From contig OZ024740.1 in the NCBI GenBank assembly GCA_964016885.1, positions 385,578,001 to 385,642,000 of the forward strand: a stretch of 64,000 nucleotides of DNA. The letters are read 5' to 3'. Numbering within the stretch: the stretch's first letter is position 1; each line of letters opens with the position of its first letter. Positions 12,874-26,527 of this stretch are shown in pieces. Source of the DNA: Eledone cirrhosa (Eukaryota). The notes under the pieces were generated by a model, which saw only the letters and a list, made by a program, of their open reading frames with translations, did no database searches and was not told the origin of the DNA. A program made the position numbers and the translations under genes.

Positions 12874-13133
12874 ATATATAAACAACTATCTGGTTGTGGA
12901 ACCAACCAACCAACCAGAAATCTATAAGTTTGTAGATTTATAAATTTATAAATATATAATAAATTGAAGTGAAAGCAATTGGTGCGTGTGTTTCTTATTG
13001 GCAACATGACCCTCCCAAAGTATAACAATATCGGTTTCAACACACGATTTCAGATAAAGAATCTTGCTAAACAAATTCAGAAACGAAATATATATATATA
13101 TATATACATTTATATATATATATATATATATAC

Positions 13134-13167
<34 letters not shown>

Positions 13168-13183
13168 TTATATATATATATAC

Positions 13184-13244
<61 letters not shown>

Positions 13245-13454
13245 AAAGAATAGAGGTGTAACACACAAGTTATTATATATTGGTAAACGGAATAGAAAAT
13301 GCTGACAAATTGTTCACAGTTGAAAAATGGTTTAATTAGGAATAAAAGAGTATTAGTGATTGTATGGGTTAGTATTCAGTTGTGGTTTTATGTTTTTAAG
13401 TTTTTACCGGTTGCGCATTTCTAAATGCTTTTCAAAAATAATTTTGAGATAGAG

Positions 13455-13496
13455 TGTCCGTGCTGTTTGCTCTGATCAGAGCAAACAGCACGGACA
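13455..13496. repeat. Perfect 42-bp palindrome
   Basis: tgtccgtgctgtttgctctga|tcagagcaaacagcacggaca. Confidence 0.95.
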
Positions 13497-13753
13497 TTTA
13501 TATATATATATATATATATAAATGTATATATATATATATATTTCGTTTCTGAATTTGTTTAGCAAGATTCTTTATCTGAAATCGTGTGTTGAAACCGATA
13601 TTGTTATACTTTGGGAGGGTCATGTTGCCAATAAGAAACACACGCACCAGATGCTTTCACTTCAATTTATTATAATAAATTTATAATAAATTTATAAATT
13701 TATAAATTTCTGGTTGGTTGGTTGGTTCCACAGCCAGATAGTTGTTTATATAT

Positions 13754-13798
13754 AGTCATAGTTCTTTCGTCACACACTCTGTGACATCTTCAGTGACT
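13754..13798 (-). ncRNA. Minimal type I hammerhead ribozyme, intact core
   Basis: agtca-CTGAAGA-t-GTCACA gagtg TGTGAC-GAAA-g aa c-TA-tgact. Confidence 0.78.
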
Positions 13799-13922
13799 GG
13801 GGATTCCTTTCTTGATACCCGGATGTGGCGCATGCGCAGACTGAGCACACAACACACACACAGAAACAAAATGGCGTAGGACAGAACAAACGAGAGGCAC
13901 AGAAACAAAGAATGGAATCCCC

Positions 13923-13967
13923 AGTCACTGAATAGGTCACAGAGTGTGTGACGAAAGAACTATGACT
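13923..13967 (+). ncRNA. Hammerhead motif with core variant CUGAAUA (likely inactive)
   Basis: agtca-CTGAATA-g-GTCACA gagtg TGTGAC-GAAA-g aa c-TA-tgact. Confidence 0.65.
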
Positions 13968-14451
13968 ATATATAAACAACTATCTGGTTGTGGAACCAAC
14001 CAACCAACCAGAAATTTATAAATTTATAAATTTATTATAAATTTATTACAATAAATTGAAGTGAAAGCAACTGGTGCGTGTGTTTCTTATTGGCAACATG
14101 ACCCTCCCAAAGTATAACAATATATATATATATATATATATTTGAACAAGGCACATTTCACGTTGCTCCTTCTGCCTAAATTTACGACCGACAGATAGTG
14201 GAAAGTGGAAAGACCAATGGAAACATTATTTCCTCTGTATGATTTGACGATCTCCACTTCACTCGTTAAGAGAATGAGGTTTGGGATCTTGTTGATCGAC
14301 TGTTGATATATATATATTATATATTAAACTTAAGCCCAAATCGACATGACTGTCCAAAGGACTGTCTCAATATAATAACATCATCTCTGTGTCCGTATCA
14401 ATACATCGCCTGTTCTTACAAATGTATCAGCATTTTCTATTCCGTTTACCA

Positions 14452-15091
<640 letters not shown>

Positions 15092-15345
15092 AGTTTTGCG
15101 AGGTTTTTTATATGAAATCGTGTGTCGAAACAGATATTGTTATATTTGGGGAGGGTCATATTTGCGTAATATTGCCAGAATTAATAACAGAACACACTCA
15201 CTGTTTGGTTGGTTTTCGCTTCTCGCTGTCTTTTATATATATATATCTGCGATCTAACTTACTCGGTCCTCAATGTTGCCATTGACTGACCGGCGGTCAA
15301 AAATAATACAGATACAATATAGACAAACACATATATATATAGTTT

Positions 15346-15384
15346 ACATAAATCTTTCGTTGCACATCTGCAACATCGTCAGTG
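15346..15384 (-). ncRNA. Minimal hammerhead motif (family 2)
   Basis: ca-CTGACGA-t-GTTGCA gatg TGCAAC-GAAA-g at t-TA-tg; stem I is weak. Confidence 0.6.
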
Positions 15385-15533
15385 GTGTTATATTCATTGT
15401 TCCTCCTGTTGTGTTGTATGTCTACGCCATTTTTTTTTTTTTTTTTTTTTTTGTTCAGACTGAACAAAAAAAAAAAAAAAAAAAAAAATGGCGTGGACAT
15501 ACAACACAACAGGAGGAACAATGAATATAACCC

Positions 15534-15572
15534 CACTGACGATGTTGCAGATGTGCAACGAAAGATTTATGT
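15534..15572 (+). ncRNA. Minimal hammerhead motif (family 2)
   Basis: Same motif as the left arm. Stem II GTTGCA/TGCAAC covaries with family-1 GTCACA/TGTGAC. Confidence 0.6.
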
Positions 15573-15855
15573 AAACTATATATATATGTGTTTGTCTATA
15601 TTGTATCTGTATTATTTTTGACCGCCGGTCAGTCAATGGCAACATTGAGGACCGAGTAAGTTAGATCGCAGATATATATATATATAAAAGACAGCGAGAA
15701 GCGAAAACCAACCAAACAGTGAGTGTGTTCTGTTATTAATTCTGGCAATATTACGCAAATATGACCCTCCCCAAATATAACAATATATATATATATATAT
15801 ATATATACATTTATATATATATATATATATACATTTATATATATATATATATACA

Positions 15856-15892
<37 letters not shown>

Positions 15893-15919
15893 TTATATAT
15901 ATATATATATATATATATA

Positions 15920-16083
15920 CACTGTAAATGTGGTTGGTGTTAGGAAGGGCATCCAACTATAGAAAACCCGCCAGACAGTCCTATGCGAGCAAGACAACCA
16001 CTCTTGCCTCAAGTGGGAAAACCCCCGTCCAAACCCATGCAAGCGTGGAACACGGACGCTAAACCTGATGATGATGATGATGA
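15920..16083 (+). mobile_element. RTE family A, short 3' fragment
   Basis: Matches 11460-11620 and has a (GAT)n tail. Confidence 0.9.
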
Positions 16084-16130
16084 TATATATATATATATAC
16101 ATTTATATATATATATATACATTTATATAT

Positions 16131-16480
16131 ATCATCATCATCATCATCATCACCGTTTTACGTCCGTTCTTCCACGCTAGCATGGGTTAGACGGGTTGTC
16201 CTGTTGTGGGCAGTGTCTGGTCGGCCGACCATGCCTTGCTCATACAGGAACTGATCTGGCTTGATTTCTACAGCTGGATGCCCTTCCTAACACCAACCTC
16301 ATTTACAGTGAGTGCTGGGTGCTTTTTCGTGGCGCCTACACGTCCACTTTACAGTGTGGGCTGGGTGCTTTTTTGCCGTGGCACCTCCACGACCACCTTG
16401 CGGTGGGGGGGGGGGGGGGGGCATATTGTTTATATGCTTCAGCATGTACCCATGGGAGGTCGGGTACCCGACCTCCCATG

Positions 16481-16484
<4 letters not shown>
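16131..16484 (-). mobile_element. RTE family B 3' fragment ending in a fold-back palindrome
   Basis: Near-identical to the reverse complement of 34646-34980; 38-bp perfect palindrome at 16447-16484. Confidence 0.9.
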
Positions 16485-16514
<30 letters not shown>

Positions 16515-16740
16515 GTATATATATATATATACATTTATATATATATACATTTATATATATATATATATACATTTATATATATATATATATATATATACAT
16601 TTATTTATATATATATACATTTATATATATATATATATATATATACATTTATTTATATATATATACATTTATATATATATATATATATATATACATTTAT
16701 ATATATATATATACATTTATATATATATATATATATACAC

Positions 16741-16770
<30 letters not shown>

Positions 16771-16776
<6 letters not shown>

Positions 16777-16985
16777 GTGAGGTTTTTTTTACTAAATGAA
16801 AAATAACCGAGGTGTCCTACACGACTGAAAGTATAAAGAAAAAGATATGAAATCGAAAATGCAACTGTAGTCTTATTTTTTTTTAAAATATATATATTTA
16901 TTTGGTTCGGTAAAGGAACCAAATAAATATATATATTTTTTAAAAAGATAAGACTCCAGTTGCATTTTCGATTTCATCTCTTTTT

Positions 16986-16992
<7 letters not shown>
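16771..16992. repeat. Palindromic insert (~77-bp arms) with a ~60-nt unpaired extension, inside (TA)n
   Basis: Arms at 16832-16908 and 16916-16992; same layout as the pLTR palindromes. Confidence 0.8.
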
Positions 16993-17027
<35 letters not shown>

Positions 17028-17070
17028 TTATATATATACATTTATATATATACATTTATATATATACATT

Positions 17071-17128
<58 letters not shown>

Positions 17129-17173
17129 CATTTATATATATACATTTATATATATATATATATATACATATAC

Positions 17174-17259
<86 letters not shown>

Positions 17260-17467
17260 TTATATATATACATTTATATATATACATTTATATATATACA
17301 TTTATATATATACATTTATATATATATATACATTTATATATATATATACATTTATATATATACATTTATATATATATATACATTTATATATATATATATA
17401 TACATTTATATATATATATATATACATTTATATATATATACATTTATATATATATACATTTATATAT

Positions 17468-17529
17468 ATCTATCTATCTAAGGCGGGTAAAATTCCCGAG
17501 ATCCATGGATGAGTTCTCTCCAGCGGTCA
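17468..17529 (-). mobile_element. ~60-bp LINE 3' end with (TAGA)n tail
   Basis: Reverse complement matches 40446-40500 (gaccgctggagagaactcatccatggatctcgg). Confidence 0.75.
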
Positions 17530-17626
17530 CTTCAATTTAATTTATTATATATTTATAAATTTACAAATTTATAAATTTCTGGTTGGTTGGTTGGTTCCAC
17601 AACCAGATAGTTGTTTATATATATAT

Positions 17627-17671
17627 AGTCATAGTTCTTTCGTCACACACTCTGTGACCTCTTCAGTGACT
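17627..17671 (-). ncRNA. Minimal type I hammerhead ribozyme, intact
   Basis: agtca-CTGAAGA-g-GTCACA gagtg TGTGAC-GAAA-g aa c-TA-tgact. Confidence 0.8.
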
Positions 17672-17762
17672 GGGGATTTCTTTCTTCGTTTCTGTGCCTT
17701 TCCAAACAAAATGGCGTAGGATAGAAGAAAGGAAAGGCACAGAAACGAAGAAAGAAATCCCC

Positions 17763-17807
17763 AGTCACTGAAGAGGTCACAGAGTGTGTGACGAAAGAAC
17801 TATGACT
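17763..17807 (+). ncRNA. Minimal type I hammerhead ribozyme, intact
   Basis: AGTCA-CTGAAGA-G-GTCACA GAGTG TGTGAC-GAAA-G AA C-TA-TGACT; stem I AGTCA/TGACT is perfect. Confidence 0.8.
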
Positions 17808-18060
17808 ATATATATATAAACAACTATCTGGTTGTGGAACCAACCAACCAACCAGAAATTTATAAATTTGTAAATTTATAAATATATAATAAATTAAATT
17901 GAAGTGAAAGCAACTGGTGCGTGTGTTTCTTATTGGCAACATGACCCTCCCAAAGTATAACAATATATATATATACATATATATATATAACTTATACACA
18001 CACACATATGTATATGTATATATATATATATACATATATATATATACACATACACATACA

Positions 18061-19388
18061 TGGAAGGGATTGCCTGACGCAGCTACTGCATCACTTTGAT
18101 GACATTTTGAGAGCCTTGGGAGAGGGTTCCAACACTGATGTTATCTACCTTGATTTCAGCAAGGCCTTTGACAGGGTTGATCATAACATTCTACTGAGAA
18201 AGCTGTCCAATATTGGTGTCACTGGAAAGCTGCTGCAGTGGATCAAGAGCTTCCTGTCAAACAGAACCCAACATGTTGTAGTTGAAGGAGTCAAATCCAG
18301 CCCAGCCAAAGTCAGTAGTGGGGTCCCACAAGGCACTGTGTTGGGCCCACTTCTCTTCATCATCTATATTAATGACATCACTGACATCATCAAACACAGC
18401 AACATTAAAATTTTCGCTGATGATTCCAAGCTCCAAAAGGTCATCAATGGCGTGGATGACCGGATAAGCCTTCAGTCAGACCTACTGGCTGTTACCCAAT
18501 GGGCGGAAAAGAACAACATGTTACTGAACGAAGACAAATTCGAACTGATCCACTTTGGAAAAGGGGATGCTCTGAAACTCCCGTACTCCCTTCCCTCCGG
18601 GGAAACTCTCGTGGCATCTAACAACATCAGAGACTTGGGAGTAACCGTGGACAGCAACATAAGCTGGGCCACGTATATAAGCAGCAAAGTTGACATGGCC
18701 CGCAGAATGTGTTCCTGGATCCTCAGAACCTTCCAGTCGAGAGATTCCCACACCATTATCCTTCTCTTCTCTACTTTTGCCCGACCACACCTTGAATACT
18801 GTTGTCCACTGTGGTCTCCCCACACGAAACAAAGTATCATGAAACTTGAAGCTCCTCAAAGGGCAATCACGAAAAAGATAGATGGCATGTCAGACCTTGA
18901 CTACTGGGGTCGACTAGAAAACCTGAAACTTTACTCACTCCAACGTCGCCGTGAGCGTTATATTATCTGCATGATGTGGAAAATGTTCCATCATCACTGC
19001 CCAAATGATGTTGGCATCGCCTTCAAGATACACCCAAGGCTTGGGCCCCGTGCTATCCGTCCCATACAAAAATCTAAATCGCAACTCATAACAACAATAC
19101 GGCACAATTATTTCACCTCAATCGGCCCTGCTCTCTTCAACATCACACCAGGACACGTCAAAACAGAAACTGACCACACAAAATTCAAGAAGTCTTTGGA
19201 CAAATTCTTCCAAGTAATCCCGGACAAACCACCCACACCCGGATATGTCTCCACAAACAGTAATTCTCTTCTCGAATGGGCCATGGTGCCCAAATCCTGA
19301 ATTGAAAGACTTCGCCAGGTGGTGCTATTAAGTTAGACATGGCCTGGGCCAATACTGGCCAAAACATTTCAAAGTTATTCAAAGTTAC
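18061..19388 (+). mobile_element. CR1-group LINE, 5'-truncated, with an open RT frame (18061-19300)
   Basis: VIYLDFSKAFDRVDH, SGVPQGTVLGPLLF, FADD, RPHLEYC..LWSP and LYSLQRRRER. The 3' end is a short tandem tcaaagtta. Confidence 0.92.
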
Positions 19389-19550
19389 ACACATATATAT
19401 ATATACACATACACACACATATATATATGTATATGTATATATATATGTATATATATATATACATATACACATACACACACATATATATATATATACATAT
19501 ATATACATATACATATATATATATACATATATATATACATGTACATATAC

Positions 19551-19583
<33 letters not shown>

Positions 19584-19633
19584 CATATACACATACACAC
19601 ACATATATATATATATATATATACATATATGTA

Positions 19634-19731
<98 letters not shown>

Positions 19732-19833
19732 TGTATATGTACATATATATATGTATATATATATATATATATACATATACACATACACACACACATATAT
19801 ATATATATACATATATGTATATATATATGTATA

Positions 19834-20057
19834 TATTTCGTTTCTGAATTTGTTTAGCAAGATTCTTTATCTGAAATCGTGTGTTGAAACCGATATTGTT
19901 ATTCTTTGGGAGGGTCATGTGGCCAATAAGAAACACACGCACCATTTGCTTTCACTTCAATTTATTATATATTTATAAATATATAATAAATTGAAGTGAA
20001 AGCAACTGGTGCGTGTGTTTCTTATTGGCAACATGACCCTCCCAAAGTATAACAATA
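19834..20057. mobile_element. Short palindromic Penelope pLTR pair (family 1), no HHR
   Basis: Folds at attta|taaat (19975/19976). The left arm has the tail and the right arm ends at gtataacaata. Confidence 0.88.
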
Positions 20058-20451
20058 TATATATATATATATATACATATACACACACATATATATATAC
20101 ATATATATATATACCCGTCTAACCCATGCTAGTGTGGAAAGTGGACATTAAACGAGGATGATGATGATGATGATATATATGTTTATACATACACACATAT
20201 ACATGTGTGTATGTAAGTATATATGCATGTATGAATTTTATCATTTTGTTTTGATCTGGATACCAATATTATTCCCACTCCTATTCTTTTGGAAACCTCC
20301 CCTCTTGATAGAAGATAAACATTATATATATGAAATTCTGATTGACATCAAACAATTGTTTAAATAAGTTCATTAAGCATGAAACACTTTGCCCTTAAGT
20401 CACTACTATAGCTTCACAGCTATAATGAAATAAATTGTGTGTGTATGTTTA

Positions 20452-20489
<38 letters not shown>

Positions 20490-20545
20490 ACACACTCACA
20501 TGTGTGTATATATGTATGTATATATGTGTCTATGCATATGCATGT

Positions 20546-20594
<49 letters not shown>

Positions 20595-23500
20595 TGCGTG
20601 TGTGTGTGTTGTTCTTATATGATTTGCTACTTGTGAGCTATTGATTTGATTTTTACATGTGGCGTGTTATTATTTAATTAATTTTCTGGTCATGAGCATC
20701 TCTTATTACTACCAGGCATTAGGTGTTAATATTTGGAACCTAGTAAATCAATAAGGCAGTGATTGGTTTGTTGGAGAATTTAGTTGCAGTAGTGTTTGTC
20801 TCCAGGATTTCTCTCCTAGATTTATGAAAGAGTAACTCTGTTGTCTTTTACTATTATCATCGTTGAAATTGTTACTGCAAGTATTTACTGAATATTTTTC
20901 CTTGTTATTGAAATCCAACCCAGATTTTTGCTGAAAAACAAACAGCAAGGAAGGCTAACATTAGCGTTTTTTAATTTTTTTTTTAATCTATTATCATCCC
21001 TTGTGGATAAAAGAAAATATTAATATAAACAAAAACAAATGTTATATATGTTATAAGTAACAAATCTTGTTGTAGTCGTAACTACTTTTGAGCTAGATCA
21101 CTATGTCATAATTGATTAAATTTTTCATGTTAACACAATTATATGTAACCCAGTAAGTATATATCATATAAAGTCAGTTGAAGTTTCTGTCATTGAAGAT
21201 CAATAGACTTTCATTTGTAAATCATTTAATTATGATTATTGCAATGTTGATGCATATTGCTTTTTGGAAAAGCAGAAAGTAACCTGTCTCTTTTGACAGG
21301 CATTTGTAGTGTAGTTTCCTCTGGTCTAATGTAGATAACGCCACAGTCACATTATTCTTCAATATATATATACTTGACCACTATGTTTATATTATCCAGA
21401 CATAACAAGATTGCTGACTATAAGAATACTAATGGATATGGAAAGTTTTGAAGTGGGATGATGAGCTGTTTTCATAGTGATAACATCATTGATGAGAATA
21501 ATAATGATGACAATAATTTTGTCCATTCCCCATCAAAGATTTTCATGTAGTTTCATTCTGCTGCTTTCAATTTAGCTTGTATTGATTCTGTTCCCATTCA
21601 AATGTTAATGCATTTCTTTCTGCCAGCATTCATTTATTAATCTTTTGTATTATTTTGATAAACTCTAGAGAAAGGAATCGGGATATATATTCAATCTTTA
21701 CAAGTGGATAAATAAACAAAACTAGCACAGACATGAAAATAAAAATCCACTGCATATGAAATAATAATGTAATTAATAACATAAATAAATGTATTTTTTC
21801 TCCTTTCAACATAGAAGGAAATGATTTCAATGTATCATCAAATATTTAAGCTTTTACTGTTTTGTACAATACTTCAAATTGTCATTGCTGTACACTTTTC
21901 TGTCTTGGAACATAATTATTTTCAGTCACTGTTTATTACATTAAAGTTGAGAACAAATTTGGCTGTTGTCCCAGTGTTGCTATGTTTCAAAGAAAAAAAG
22001 ATAAGAGTAAAAACAATTTCAGAAAAATGTAAAAAATAGTATATTTAGGTTAATTGATGATTCTAATTTCTTTACTTAAATGTTTACTTCTAAATACTAC
22101 CTTTGTTAAAGGACAAAAGACATATTTATAAAAAAATAAAGTATTAAAAATATAAATTTTGACAGTAACTTTATAATGATTTAAAATAACTTTGATATTT
22201 CATTTATAGTGTTCAAACTATTATTCTAATCACTTACTAATCTTTTGTAAATTGCTCCAAGATATCAAAACAATCTTTACAAAAAGAGATTTCTCATCTC
22301 TATTTTACACAAGTATTGTTCAACTAATTTCACTTTAACAGAATACACTATTTCTGGTAAAAAATTGTATCCTTTTCCTGTACTATATTTATATCTGATT
22401 TTGGCCAGCTTTAAACAGTTGCAAAGCAATTTCCTCTTTGGTACGATTCTAAATCATTATAAGTTACCTATTTCTGTGATAGACTATGAGGTATTTCCTA
22501 GATTGGTGGTAATGATGATGACGATTATAAGTTACCTACTTCTGTGATAGACTGTTAGGCATTTTCCAGCTACATGATGATGATGACAACCACAGCAACT
22601 AGAAGAAATGGTTTTCCAAAATTTGCACTACAATGTTACATCACATACAGCAGTATACATACTAGCCCATGGAGCATATACCATACAAAATTACACGCTA
22701 GTATCTGAACCCTTTTGGCTAAAGAATATTTAACCATGTCATTACAACTTCATTTAATATATATCTCTCTTCTGCAGTGACTATGCTAGACTATTGATAG
22801 TTACACTTCAAAGGTCATGCTACTTTAATTTCTCTAAAGAAGCTGGTTAAATATATTTTTACAAACGTTTTGACTTCAGCTGTACTTCTAATGACATACC
22901 TACCAAATATCTAGCATCAGGAAGCATTAAAGTTTAATACCCCAAAAAGATTTAATCTTTTTCTTTTTTTAGATTAATGCCTGCAGATTAAGAATTAAAA
23001 TTTACCTAATTTCTTTTACTCTTAATCTACAGATTTGGTATTTGCCCCAATGCTAGTTTTTCATCTTCAGTTATATTTATATAGTTTTAAAGAAACATTA
23101 TTTAAATACAGGAGATAGTACTACCTAAAGAAATGTTACCTACCATTCTTTAAAAATGGAGTGGAGTTATTTGAAGAAAGTTAATTGCAATACCAGATGT
23201 ACCATTATCCAGGATTTGAAGAAACACTATCTCAAAACTGAGGTGTTCAGGTAGAGAGAGTACCTTGACATCTGACAATGGCATCCTTTAGAGTGAACAG
23301 GTACACTGGTTTTCCCCTGTCTCTCACTTCAGACTCTGGGACATTTTTCAGTAACACCACGATAACTGCTTCTACTTGCAGGCTAAACTTAATGAAGGAC
23401 TGGATGCTTGGCGATGAGCATTGCCAAACATTTATAAGGCATATTGAAATGCCATGATGGACACAGACAAACATCTAGAGTGGCACCCCAAGGACTGCCT

Positions 23501-24753
23501 GTACTAGTTAGGGGAACTTAATTGATTATAATTAGAAGAATATAGACTTGAATTAACATTGTTTAAAATCAGAACAGTTGACTAGAATGAAAACAGCTCA
23601 TAGACTGTATTTTGCTAAGTATATATATTAATTGTTGTTTTGCTTCATTTTAATGTTGATCAATAAAAGACATTTTATTTTATTTTCACACACAATGCTT
23701 TTAGGACTTTGTGATCAAATGATGAGGTGGGATTTGAAGAAGATTTTGTGCTATTTCTCACAGGTCAAGTGATAATAAAAATATTTCCTTGTTGCTTTGA
23801 GACCTGTTAACTGTTTGATTTATATGGTGGATTATCACTAATTCAGTGTTCATGTACCACTACTATTGGAATTACTCTGTTTCATCTGAGATAATGTTTT
23901 ACCTGCTTCTATCAGCATGTTTGTAAAATGTGTATTACTTCTACATCTTGCTCAAATTTCTATATTTGAGTATCTTATATTTAAATATATATGTATAGAC
24001 CTGTAACTCCTGATGGAATCATAGGGGCACCATAGTGACATGCAGCATTTCTTAGGCATTTTTTTAAAGACCTGGCAGAATCCATCCCCTCTCTAGGTCT
24101 GAATATAGCTGATTTTTTCCAGAGAAGGAGAGAGTGAGTATGTGTGTGAGAGAGAGAGGAAGTGGGAAAGATATAGAGTGGAAGAATAAACTCCAATACT
24201 GTACTAATCAAAAGGATAAAAGGCAAAATTGATCTCAGCAGGTTCTAGCACAATTTACCACCTATATTTAAATATACAAATTCAAATGTTTATGGTAAAT
24301 TACACTGGTTGATGTTGGATTTCTTTTTTTTTTTTTTTTTTTTTGTATCGTGACTAGTTCAAGAGATTTAGTCCTTACTATTCATGTTATTCCTTTAATA
24401 TTGCTGAAGGAAAGAGTTAACATCTCAAGGAAACAATCTGCTTTTATCTACATGTTTTCAAAGTTAACAGTCCTGAACAACACATGATTTATGTTTATTA
24501 TATGTTTTTTCTAAGTTAACAACAAAATAAAAGCATATTTGAAACAAATGCAAATAGTATGATAGAAATAATGTACAGCCATCAAGGTTTCTTTGAGTAA
24601 GGAAAATAAAGCAAATAAAAATGAAATGGAACTGTTAGCATCTGTTTATTTTTTAGTTATAGTTTTAAGCTGTAACATGTTGTTATATATTACAATCATA
24701 CTACTGTAGGCTTGAGGTGATTTATTGGCAATCATTATTAATATTTATTCACA

Positions 24754-24846
<93 letters not shown>

Positions 24847-26474
24847 CATACCATCTTCAGGTACATTATTAATGTGTGTCTATGGAATGAAGGTTTTGTT
24901 TTATATTTAAAAACAGAAAAGAAAGTTACAAAATATGGCATCTGAAGACAGTAAAGATCATGCTAGTCAATGTATTTGAGGAAGTGAGATGGAAAGTAAA
25001 AGACAAAATGAAATTTATATATGGAATTCATGTTTTAGACAGTTTGGTTCTCCATTTGATTGACTAGATATATAAAGCACCTTGTCTTATGGATTTGATG
25101 CTGCCATGTGAATGTCTAGCACAAGTTGCTTGGTACTTAGAATAATTGTGATTTTTTTTCTGCCAGCATCTTGTTGATGTATTCTATCAGCAAAGTGAAC
25201 TTTTGGTAGACTAGTATCTAATTCTGGGAATATTGGTCTCACATCTGCTTAATGTTGCAGAAATCTAAGATAAGTATAAACTGTCAGAAATAGTGTGGTT
25301 CAAGAAATGAGATTCAAAATAAAACTATTTACTTGATGAAAACAAAAATAATTATATTTTTTTACTCTCATGAAAAAGAGAAATACAAATAATACAAGAA
25401 AATAAGTTTTCAGCTTTGCTTATGTTTATTGTTGCTTATGCTCTGAAATACTTATGCAAGTCATGTATCCTATGAAACTGTAATGAAGTCACGTTAGTCA
25501 AACACCTCTAACAGCTTACATTAAGCATATCAAAATAAATATCTCAACCATTTTCCTTTAGTCCTATGAAAATATAAGTATATAAATATTTCATTAAGAT
25601 TTACTAATTTCAGCTTGATTTAATTTATTGTTGTTAGTTTTTCTTATAATTATTTGTGATAAATACATACTGTATGAAGGGTGTTTTACAAGGGTGATGC
25701 TGTGTAGTAGTGAAACATGGCATTGAATATATATTTGTAGAAGCTAAAAAGGTATGCATATTGGATAAACACCATTATTTTACATTAAAAAAAGAGGATC
25801 GAAGTAAGCAGAGAAACTCAGAATTAAAGGCATTATTTAATATTATAGATCTTGTTTAACCACAGGTTAGCTCTGACCATGCAGACTTATGATCAAAGGA
25901 GTTCTGGCTGTGTTCATTCAATTTTGTTTTTAGTGTGTGTGTGGGGGGGGGGGCAAATCTCACAAGATTTGCATTGTTCAGTTTCTGTCATCGTTTTCTA
26001 ACTTGACTGTGATGGATGTTGTGAGATTTTACTATTATTTCAAACTAGTGGATCAGTGCTGTCAGTAATGACAGTAATAGCATTGAACATATTTAATTTT
26101 TCTAGTCCAGGATTGGTATGCCATATATACCAGATTTACTGGATATGTGAACAATTATACAAACTGAGAAATTTGTTTTGATAAATTAATGGTTTGTCTA
26201 AGAGAAATGCTACAGTTTATTTTGATTAAACATGTGGAAGTTATTAAAGATAGATTGATATTTTAATTTATTTCTAGAATATAATTACATAAATATTCAG
26301 TATATATATACAAATGACACACAGGATAAAATGTATGATCCTGTGTGGGTTAATGTTGGGTTAGAACCCAGAACCTTATGAATGGAAAGTGAACTTTCTT
26401 GTTTTTGTAACATGAATTGCATTGTATGTATGTATATGTATGTGTGCGTAAATTTTAAAGAATTACAGACTCGT

Positions 26475-26527
<53 letters not shown>

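Larger units (their letters stand above)
12115..13090. mobile_element. Palindromic Penelope pLTR pair (family 1) with ORF C-terminal remnant
   Basis: Left arm (-) spans 12115-12438. Right arm (+) spans 12462-13090 and encodes EHRGKLENIEIKIE...LQPKLNRK, matching the ORF at 5963-6130. Confidence 0.9.
13539..14122. mobile_element. Palindromic Penelope pLTR pair (family 1)
   Basis: Left arm (-) spans 13539-13816 and carries the tail. Right arm (+) spans 13817-14122 and ends at gtataacaata. Both ends are in (TA)n. Confidence 0.9.
15092..15786. mobile_element. Palindromic Penelope-type pLTR pair (family 2), ~325-bp arms with a 1-nt loop
   Basis: Apex gttcag-a-ctgaac at 15459. The terminus gaaatcgtgtgtcgaaacagatattgttatatttggggagggtcat is homologous to the family-1 terminus. 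Confidence 0.85.
17529..17965. mobile_element. Palindromic Penelope pLTR pair (family 1)
   Basis: Left arm (-) spans 17529-17703. Right arm (+) spans 17704-17965 and ends at gtataacaata(TA)n. Confidence 0.9.
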
